This document shows, piece after piece, positions 1 through 6,225 of a stretch of DNA of 26,034 nt (position 1 is the first letter of the stretch; each line of letters starts with the position of its first letter). This stretch comes from a virus (taxonomy: Duplodnaviria > Caudoviricetes), in IMG/VR virus record IMGVR_UViG_3300020044_004214, positions 1 through 26,034 of that record. One strand, 5' to 3'. A program made the position numbers and the translations under genes. The notes under the pieces are model-generated. The model made no database searches. It had not been told where the DNA came from and saw nothing but the letters and a program-made list of their open reading frames with translations.

Positions 1-6
1 TTGCGC

Positions 7-225
7 TTAACATTCAAACTGTACGGTGTACTCTACCCAATTGGTTTCACGATAGCTTGCAAGCTGAGCAAGTAAGCCGCCAAGCTCAGCTACTTTACAA
101 GGTAGCTTTACGCTATCGTCTGCACCGATATAGGCGTGAAACAAGGTCAGGTGATTGATTGTATCGCAAAGACCTTGCTTGTCTTCTGCACTACCGAAGT
201 TTTGCACTGATATGTAAGCTTTCAT
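7..225 (-). CDS. hypothetical protein, divergently transcribed early gene (72 aa)
   Basis: The track ORF 7..303 starts on a TTG inside a -35 element. A better start is ATG at 225, preceded by an AC-rich leader and purine-rich AAGAAAGAG. Confidence 0.65.
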   Translation of the reverse strand: MKAYISVQNFGSAEDKQGLCDTINHLTLFHAYIGADDSVKLPCKVAELGGLLAQLASYRETNWVEYTVQFEC

Positions 226-274
226 CTGTCCGTCTCTTTCTTGGTTGGTTTGTGTTGGTTGGGTCGTGGCCTTT

Positions 275-303
275 AGGTAGCTACAAACAATAAAACTTGT
301 CAA
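275..303 (-). promoter_or_regulatory. sigma70-type promoter for the leftward gene
   Basis: Minus strand reads TTGACA (303-298), a 17-nt AT-rich spacer, then CTACCT, upstream of the ATG at 225. Confidence 0.55.
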
Positions 304-397
304 TAGGGTAAATCGCTACTTGTAACAATTCGTGATGAGCTATGCACTTGATGTAGTAGGTATGCGCTTAGTGCATGGATTAGGAGCTGGTACGTTT

Positions 398-412
398 GTT
401 CTCTGTTTGTTC
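398..412. promoter_or_regulatory. alphaproteobacterial LexA (SOS) box GTTC-N7-GTTC
   Basis: GTTC tctgttt GTTC (context TGTTCTCTGTTTGTTCT) in the divergent intergenic region, an exact match to the established alphaproteobacterial LexA direct-repeat motif. Confidence 0.6.
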
Positions 413-436
413 TAGGCCCTATCGCGTAGGTATAGG
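407..436 (+). promoter_or_regulatory. candidate weak sigma70 promoter for the rightward early operon
   Basis: TTGTTC-N18-TATAGG upstream of the leader and RBS of ORF 472. The -35 overlaps the LexA box. Confidence 0.35.
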
Positions 437-471
437 AACACGCGCAACTTAACCCAAGGAAGGTAGACACA

Positions 472-678
472 ATGAACCGCCCGACAACAGACAAGGCTAA
501 GCACATAGCCAAACAGGCAACCCTAGTTGCTATCATTAACGGGGTGCCCTTCTATGAACATCCAGAGTTAGGCGATGAAGTGCCATTGCTTTACATAACC
601 AAAGCGGGGAAGGTGAAGCGGTCAGACTTCTATGAAGTGCCAGAGGTTCAAGACCTACCTTTTGACGCTATCGCTTAA
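472..678 (+). CDS. hypothetical phage early protein (FYEHPELGDE motif)
   Basis: Strong RBS AGGAAGG and ATG at 472. The motif resembles conserved phage hypothetical proteins (from recall). Confidence 0.8.
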   Translation: MNRPTTDKAKHIAKQATLVAIINGVPFYEHPELGDEVPLLYITKAGKVKRSDFYEVPEVQDLPFDAIA

Positions 679-697
679 ACTTAACCCAAGAGAGGGA

Positions 698-856
698 ATG
701 ACTATGACATACCTAGAAGCTTTAAAGACTATCGAAGAATGCGCCAAGTACTTGCGCAAGAATGACGGGGACATTCCTTTCTGGCGCTATCATAACGTGA
801 TCAAGACTTTGCGGGAAGCTCAGAGAGTGCTTGAGGATCAAGCTTGGTATAAGTAA
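698..856 (+). CDS. hypothetical early protein (about 50 aa)
   Basis: ATG at 698 or 704 after the leader repeat and GAGGG, in frame with track ORF 632..856. Confidence 0.7.
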   Translation: MTMTYLEALKTIEECAKYLRKNDGDIPFWRYHNVIKTLREAQRVLEDQAWYK

Positions 857-857
857 C

Positions 858-891
858 CTAGAAGCATAGCCTTGCGGGGCTATGTCACTAG
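858..891 (+). other. intergenic RNA hairpin with internal loop (RNase III-like site or weak terminator)
   Basis: CTAG aag CATAGCCT TGCG GGGCTATG tca CTAG, with no U-tract. Confidence 0.5.
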
Positions 892-916
892 ATCACTTAA
901 CCTAAGGGGATATGCT

Positions 917-1630
917 ATGTCATGGAAAGGTAACCTGCTATCTTGTGGTAGCAATGCTAAGACAATTAAAGGTGACGGGTCAGAATATCTTACCGCTATC
1001 ATGTATCTTACACCTTGGAAGTCTGCAGGTGTAAACGTCTGCCCTATGGCGGAGCAAGCCAAGTGTATTGATGGATGCCTTAACACGGCAGGGCGTGGTC
1101 AGATGTCTAGCGTTCAAGTAGGACGGGCACGCAAGACTCAATGGTATGCCAGCGATAGGGCAGGGTTCATGGATCAATTGTTCTCTGACCTAACATCCTT
1201 TGTCGCTTACTGTAGCAAGCGGGGTATTCATCCTTGCGTAAGGCTAAATGGGACTAGCGATATCCGTTGGGAATTAGCAGGTGTTAAGGGTTATGCTAAC
1301 ATCATGGAAGCATTCCCTAGTGTGACGTTCTATGACTACACCAAGATTGCTAACCGTAGGGGCTTGCCTTCTAACTATCATTTAACGTGGTCCTATAGCG
1401 GAGCTAGTGAAACCTACGCCAAGCAGCACGCTATCGCTAAGGTTAACGGGTTGAATATTGCGGTAGTGTTTAGACGCAAGGAAAACATCCCGCAAGAATA
1501 CTTGGGCTTGCCTACCATTGATGGTGACCGTGACGATATGCGATTCCTTGACCCTAAGGGTGTTGTCGTTGCCTTGTATGCCAAGGGCAAGGCTAAGCTA
1601 GATCAATCAGGTTTTGTGGTAGGAGTGTAA
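917..1630 (+). CDS. Gp88-like protein (radical-SAM-like Cys cluster)
   Basis: ATG at 917 after the leader and RBS. Motifs NAKTIK, C-x7-C-x3-C (CPMAEQAKCIDGC), RLNGTSD, FYDYTK, YHLTWS and DGDRDDMRFLD. Confidence 0.75.
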   Translation: MSWKGNLLSCGSNAKTIKGDGSEYLTAIMYLTPWKSAGVNVCPMAEQAKCIDGCLNTAGRGQMSSVQVGRARKTQWYASDRAGFMDQLFSDLTSFVAYCSKRGIHPCVRLNGTSDIRWELAGVKGYANIMEAFPSVTFYDYTKIANRRGLPSNYHLTWSYSGASETYAKQHAIAKVNGLNIAVVFRRKENIPQEYLGLPTIDGDRDDMRFLDPKGVVVALYAKGKAKLDQSGFVVGV

Positions 1631-1633
1631 GCG

Positions 1634-1717
1634 ATGCTAGACGATATCTTAGGGGCTATGGTTTTGTTTGGTGCTGTCGTTGTCATGTCATGGATTGGCC
1701 TAGGTTTGGGCTTATAG
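1634..1717 (+). CDS. 27-aa single-pass membrane microprotein (MLDDILGAMVLFGAVVVMSWIGLGLGL)
   Basis: AGGAG at 1621-1625, ATG at 1634, TAG ending at 1717; hydrophobic. Below the ORF-track cutoff. Confidence 0.65.
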   Translation: MLDDILGAMVLFGAVVVMSWIGLGLGL

Positions 1718-1725
1718 ATTAGGGG

Positions 1726-1755
1726 TTGACAGGTTTCTATCCTTGTCGGTAATGT
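1726..1755 (+). promoter_or_regulatory. sigma70-type promoter
   Basis: TTGACA-N18-TAATGT in the intergenic gap, followed by an AC-rich leader and RBS AGGAAGG before ATG 1804. Confidence 0.65.
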
Positions 1756-1803
1756 ATCGGCAAGGACAATGACAAGGCAACACAACACAAGGAAGGTAAG
1801 GCG

Positions 1804-2172
1804 ATGCTAGACAATACAATTGAACAAGACTTCTTGACCAAGATCAAACATGAGGCACAGCAAGCAGCCTATGAGGCGGCAACAGATACCCTGTTCAAGT
1901 GGTATGGTGGTGATGATCTAGGGGCCTGTGGTTTTGCTTGGGTTAACGTAGTGCCTGAGCATAAGGGCAACACCAAGCAGGGTAAGGAAGAACGTAAGAC
2001 GCTAAGGGCCTTGGGCCTAGTGCTAGACTGGACGGGAAAAGAATTTCAGTGGTGGAACCCTTGCCGCCTATCGGTACAGAATGTGGATAGCAAGCACGCT
2101 GGTGCTGTCGCTTGTGCCAAGGTGCTTAAGTCGTATGGGTTCAATGCCTATGCTGGTTCGCGGTTGGATTAA
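1804..2172 (+). CDS. conserved phage hypothetical protein (GACGFAWV ... SRLD family)
   Basis: Good RBS. The CGFAWV and C-terminal SRLD motifs recur in phage early proteins (from recall). Confidence 0.8.
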   Translation: MLDNTIEQDFLTKIKHEAQQAAYEAATDTLFKWYGGDDLGACGFAWVNVVPEHKGNTKQGKEERKTLRALGLVLDWTGKEFQWWNPCRLSVQNVDSKHAGAVACAKVLKSYGFNAYAGSRLD

Positions 2173-2186
2173 GAGGGGATAAGACA

Positions 2187-2381
2187 ATGGCATACAAGCA
2201 TGACGCTAAGGCATATCAGATAGTGCTGATGGCAAGGGAAGTACATGAGCAAGCGACTTGCCTTTATCATGCCACCTGTCGGGGTGAAGATGTGAAGTGG
2301 GAGGTGGAGCAACTGAGCTACTACCACCAGAAACTTAGTGCTGCGCTAGATGCGTGGATAGTGGGAGGGAATGACGAATGA
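2187..2381 (+). CDS. hypothetical protein
   Basis: RBS GAGGGG; ATGA overlap with the next gene. Confidence 0.7.
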   Translation: MAYKHDAKAYQIVLMAREVHEQATCLYHATCRGEDVKWEVEQLSYYHQKLSAALDAWIVGGNDE

Positions 2382-2653
2382 ACGGCTGGACAGATAAAGA
2401 GACGCTGACCTTTGAAGAGTTCAAGGCATCAGTCGTGCGGTATGCTCACGACAACACACCTGCTAACCTACGGGATGTGGGGCAGGATCAAGGGGAGGGG
2501 TTGTTGGTCTATGCTGATGAGACTAGCTACATCTACTTTGGGGATGTGGGTTATCGCTTGCACATTGGCAATGAAGAGTGGTTGTCCAATAAGCTAGATC
2601 AGTTGGAGCGTATCCTTTACAACCTATGGTATCTGAATGAGGTAGCAGCATGA
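2378..2653 (+). CDS. hypothetical acidic protein
   Basis: RBS GGAGGG; ATGA overlaps at both ends. Confidence 0.7.
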   Translation: MNGWTDKETLTFEEFKASVVRYAHDNTPANLRDVGQDQGEGLLVYADETSYIYFGDVGYRLHIGNEEWLSNKLDQLERILYNLWYLNEVAA

Positions 2654-3270
2654 GAGTTTTAAACCTATATGCAGGGCTTGGTGGCAATCGTAAACTCTGG
2701 GAGAGTTGCCAGGTTACGGCTGTAGAATACAGCACTAAGATTGCTTTGACTTATGAACGCCTGTATCCAGAAGATACTGTGGTGATAGGTGATGCTCATC
2801 AGTATCTGTTAGACAACTATCAGGACTTTGATTTTATTTGGGCAAGCCCACCATGTCAGAGCCATAGTCGTATGATACGCAGCGGCAAGAACAGAACACC
2901 ACGCTATCCTGATCTGCGCCTGTATGAGGAAATCCTTTTCTTGAAGCACAACTTCAAAGGGAAGTGGGTGGTTGAGAATGTTGTGCCTTACTATGATCCT
3001 TTGATCAAACCATCAGAGAAGGTTGGACGGCATCTGTTCTGGTCTAACTTCCCCTTCACTGTCGCAGACGTAGAGAGGCCCAAAGGTTTTATATCTATGA
3101 CAAACGTGGCAGGGTCAGAGGCTTTGAAAGACTGGCTTGGTATCTACTATGATGGTAACATCTACTACGAAGACAACCACTGTCCTGCTCAGGTGTTACG
3201 CAATGCTGTACATCCTCTGGTTGGTAAGCAGATATTCGATGAAGCAAACAAGATGGGAGTAGAGCAATGA
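2650..3270 (+). CDS. compact DNA cytosine-5 methyltransferase
   Basis: Motif I LNLYAGLGG, motif IV SPPCQ, motif VI ENV, motif X-like RNAVHP; 206 aa. Confidence 0.85.
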   Translation: MRVLNLYAGLGGNRKLWESCQVTAVEYSTKIALTYERLYPEDTVVIGDAHQYLLDNYQDFDFIWASPPCQSHSRMIRSGKNRTPRYPDLRLYEEILFLKHNFKGKWVVENVVPYYDPLIKPSEKVGRHLFWSNFPFTVADVERPKGFISMTNVAGSEALKDWLGIYYDGNIYYEDNHCPAQVLRNAVHPLVGKQIFDEANKMGVEQ

Positions 3271-3458
3271 CACGTGGACAGATCATGTCAGCTATGGATC
3301 ACTTCGAAGTGGGTAAGTCTTATACCTTTAAGGGGTGGGAGTTTAAGTTTGATTGGTCGCAGGGGTATGTGGCACACAAGGAGGGGAAGGTGTTGCACGA
3401 CTTCGATTCCTTCCCTAACCTAGTGCATGACATGACAGCAGAGGGGTGCTTTGAATGA
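3267..3458 (+). CDS. hypothetical protein
   Basis: ATGA-coupled to both neighbours. Confidence 0.65.
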   Translation: MTRGQIMSAMDHFEVGKSYTFKGWEFKFDWSQGYVAHKEGKVLHDFDSFPNLVHDMTAEGCFE

Positions 3459-3697
3459 GTGGCGATCAAAAAACTCCGGAACATATATGGATCAACGACA
3501 CACCCAATGTTGTCTGCGGGTCTTTTGATATCGAACCTTTTGATGGGTCTGTCGAATATATCCGCGCCGACCGCATCGAGCAACTGGAAGCCAAGCTTAT
3601 CATTGCGGTGGCATACATTCGGCGTCACATTCCAGACAGTGTTTACGAACAAAGACAACAGGCACGCTCTGTACTGGCTGAACTGGAGGGGAAGTGA
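3455..3697 (+). CDS. hypothetical protein (EYIRADRIEQLEAKL coiled-coil motif)
   Basis: RBS GAGGGG, translationally coupled; codon usage looks atypical for this genome. Confidence 0.7.
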   Translation: MSGDQKTPEHIWINDTPNVVCGSFDIEPFDGSVEYIRADRIEQLEAKLIIAVAYIRRHIPDSVYEQRQQARSVLAELEGK

Positions 3698-4023
3698 TGC
3701 AGATTGAGGATACCTTTGGAACAGAGGCCTACAAACTACGTAGAAAAGATAGTCTTGAGACAAGCGTAGAGGCATCTGAGTCTGTCGATACAACTAAACT
3801 AGAAGAACTCGTATACAAAACTATCCTAGGTTTTGGTGGTGATGGTTGTATCGCTGATGACCTTCTAATAAAGTACCCAAACTATCCCTATAGTTCTTTG
3901 ACTGCTCGCTTCGCAGCCTTAGTGAGGAAAGGTTACATCACTAGGTCTGGGGATAAGCGTAAGGGAAGGTCTGGGAAAGGACAGTCTGTTATGAGGGCTG
4001 AATTATTGGAGGAAATGAAATGA
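3694..4023 (+). CDS. putative winged-helix DNA-binding protein
   Basis: Pattern SSLTARFAALVRKGYI followed by RKGRSGKGQSV is typical of small phage wHTH proteins; RBS GGAGGGG. Confidence 0.6.
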   Translation: MMQIEDTFGTEAYKLRRKDSLETSVEASESVDTTKLEELVYKTILGFGGDGCIADDLLIKYPNYPYSSLTARFAALVRKGYITRSGDKRKGRSGKGQSVMRAELLEEMK

Positions 4024-4229
4024 CTGATACCCGAAAAGATATGCACTTGATAGGACATGGCACGGAGAGGCAGCAGGAGCGCCTTACAAGCAGCATCAGG
4101 GGTCACCTTACCTCAGCCATAGCAGAAGCTGATTGGCTATCTGACGAGGCTCTCATGGGCCAGGCGGAGGATGATCTATTCTATCTTGAGGATCAGGTAT
4201 CGAAGGGGTATCTTCATGGATCATACTAG
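4020..4229 (+). CDS. hypothetical protein
   Basis: RBS GGAGG; ATGA overlap with the previous gene. Confidence 0.65.
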   Translation: MTDTRKDMHLIGHGTERQQERLTSSIRGHLTSAIAEADWLSDEALMGQAEDDLFYLEDQVSKGYLHGSY

Positions 4230-4335
4230 TATGTATGTGGTAGCTGTAGCCTTGTTCGTTCTGAACATACACCTCATCATTCCTATCGTTATCTTAGCTG
4301 TCACTGGCCTAGTGAAATTAGTGCTTGACAGGTAG
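4216..4335 (+). CDS. 39-aa hydrophobic membrane microprotein (MDHTSMYVVAVALFVLNIHLIIPIVILAVTGLVKLVLDR)
   Basis: AAGGGG RBS, ATG at 4216, TAG ending at 4335; fills an otherwise empty gap. Confidence 0.6.
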   Translation: MDHTSMYVVAVALFVLNIHLIIPIVILAVTGLVKLVLDR

Positions 4336-4352
4336 AGAAACGGCTGTATGCT
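4325..4352 (+). promoter_or_regulatory. sigma70-type promoter for the replication operon
   Basis: (C)TTGACA-N16-TATGCT upstream of primase-helicase. It shares TTGACAGGT with the 1726 promoter. Confidence 0.6.
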
Positions 4353-4405
4353 CAGGCTTGTCCTGCCACCCTCCATATACCTTACTCTAAGGAAAGGCTA
4401 TCAAG

Positions 4406-6010
4406 ATGTCTGAACTACCACACCAACCATGTCCATACGATGGATGCTACTCAACTGATGCCTTCTCTTACAACACAGAGGGCTATGGTTTCTGTCACTC
4501 ATGTAGTAGGACATACCCTAGCAGTAAGGATACACTACTACCTTGGGCTAGTGAGAAGTATCCTACTGTCTTCGCTATCAAGAAGGAGATGAAGGTGGCT
4601 AACTCCCCTACTACATTGTCTGTCGTTGAGAGTATCCTAACACCAGTGGTACGAGGGTATCGGGATATCAATAAGGATGTGATGCAGTACTACAACTGCT
4701 TGACGTACATAGATGCTAACGGGGAACCTGTTAAGCAGGAGTATATCTATCCTCATGGTGGCAAGAAGACACGTACCTTGCCCAAGTCTTTCCGTACTGA
4801 CCAAGGCTTCAAGACTGATGAACTCTTTGGTATGGACAAGTTCAATGCTGGTTGTGCTAAGGCAGTGACCATCACTGAGGGTGAGCTAGATGCTATGTCT
4901 GCTTACCAGATGCTAGGCTCTAAGTATCCTGTCGTATCCCTACCTTCAGCGACACCCTCAGGTAAGCTCTTCGAGAAGTGTAAGGATTGGCTGGATAGCT
5001 TCGAGAAGATTTATCTATCCTTCGACAGTGATGGTAAGTCGGATGGTGTCGCACAGAAGTTGGCTAACATCTTCCCCAACAGGGTATACAACGTCCCTCA
5101 CGACAAGTACAAAGATGCTAACGAGTTCCTTCAGGCTGGTGCAGGTAAGGAATACTCCAACGCATGGTGGAATGCACAGAAGTATATCCCTGAACACATC
5201 TTCAATACGACTGAACAGTTCCTCTCCATCATCCACGACGAAGATGATAGCAGCTACCTGTCTACTGGTATCCAAGCACTAGATGATGTGATCCTTGGTC
5301 TTATGCGTGGGCACTTCACAGTCTTCCAAGCACCTGAAGGTATCGGTAAGACAGAGTTCATGCGTTACCTAGAGTACAACCTATTGATGAAGCATGAGGA
5401 TGTACCTATCGCTATCTGCCACATGGAAGAGGTGAAGAAGCGTGGTCTACTAGGCCTGGCCTCCTACCTCTTGGACAAGAACGTAACACGTAAAGACCTG
5501 ATCACTAACCAGACTGAGGTGGATGAGGCTGTACGTACTATGACTGAGAAAGAGAACCTCTATCAGTTTACCATTGGGGTAGACGAAGACCCTCTTGAGA
5601 TACTGGAGCGCATCAGGTTCTTGTCGCAAGCCTGTGGCGTACAGTACATCTTCTTCGAACCTATCCAAGACCTAGCCTACTCACGACAAGGTGAGGAAAG
5701 TGTTGAGCAGTTCTTGTCGCAGCTATCTACTAAGCTATCACGACTAGCCGCTGAACTTAACGTAGGTATCGTAACCATTGCCCACGAGAATGATGATGGT
5801 GCTATACGTGACTGTCGTATGATTGGTAAGCGAGCCTCCGTTGTAATCAAGCTGAAGAGGGACAAGATGACAGACGATGATGATGCACGTAACACCACGG
5901 AATTGTTGGTATTAAAGAACAGACCGACAGGCACTACGGGATTTGCTGGACAGTTGTTCTTCAACTCCGATACATTCACACTGTCTGAGAAGTATGCAGG
6001 TAACCAATGA
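4406..6010 (+). CDS. T7 gp4-like DNA primase-helicase
   Basis: N-terminal Zn finger (CPYDGC...CHSC), TOPRIM motifs TEGELDAMS and FDSD, Walker A APEGIGKT, arginine finger KNR. Confidence 0.95.
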   Translation: MSELPHQPCPYDGCYSTDAFSYNTEGYGFCHSCSRTYPSSKDTLLPWASEKYPTVFAIKKEMKVANSPTTLSVVESILTPVVRGYRDINKDVMQYYNCLTYIDANGEPVKQEYIYPHGGKKTRTLPKSFRTDQGFKTDELFGMDKFNAGCAKAVTITEGELDAMSAYQMLGSKYPVVSLPSATPSGKLFEKCKDWLDSFEKIYLSFDSDGKSDGVAQKLANIFPNRVYNVPHDKYKDANEFLQAGAGKEYSNAWWNAQKYIPEHIFNTTEQFLSIIHDEDDSSYLSTGIQALDDVILGLMRGHFTVFQAPEGIGKTEFMRYLEYNLLMKHEDVPIAICHMEEVKKRGLLGLASYLLDKNVTRKDLITNQTEVDEAVRTMTEKENLYQFTIGVDEDPLEILERIRFLSQACGVQYIFFEPIQDLAYSRQGEESVEQFLSQLSTKLSRLAAELNVGIVTIAHENDDGAIRDCRMIGKRASVVIKLKRDKMTDDDDARNTTELLVLKNRPTGTTGFAGQLFFNSDTFTLSEKYAGNQ

Positions 6011-6225
6011 TCTATGTAGCAATCATCCTCTACACTATGGGCGCATTCCTATACAACATCCACCAGATGACTATCATCCACTTGAGGAACATCAAGGATT
6101 ACAGTACACTGAACGTCACTATGGATTCAGTCTTCTGGCCTATCCATGTACTAGAGATGATGATCCACGTACTACTTAACCCAGATGGGGACGACGAAGA
6201 TGACGATGATGAGGGTAAACAATAA
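6007..6225 (+). CDS. hypothetical membrane protein with acidic tail
   Basis: ATGA overlap, hydrophobic N-terminus, FWP motif, DGDDEDDDDE tail. Confidence 0.65.
   Translation: MIYVAIILYTMGAFLYNIHQMTIIHLRNIKDYSTLNVTMDSVFWPIHVLEMMIHVLLNPDGDDEDDDDEGKQ

Larger units (their letters stand above)
447..910 (+). repeat. repeated pre-RBS leader ACTTAACCYAAGRRRG (copies at 447-463, 679-695, 895-910)
   Basis: ACTTAACCCAAGGAAGG, ACTTAACCCAAGAGAGG and ACTTAACCTAAGGGGA, each directly before a start codon. A degenerate copy lies at 4380-4397. Confidence 0.75.

Noticed and set aside
340-378. Inverted repeat ATGCACT...AGTGCAT, and the nearby palindrome TTGTAACAA at 320-328
   Set aside because: The arms are short, the loop is long, and I see no match to an operator I can name. 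It could be chance.
300-536. 78-aa minus-strand ORF across the divergent intergenic region
   Set aside because: It has no RBS, overlaps ORF 472 in antisense and runs across promoter and operator elements, so it is most likely a shadow ORF.
673-686. TTAA..TTAAC as a possible CtrA box
   Set aside because: The spacing is 2 nt, not the required 7.
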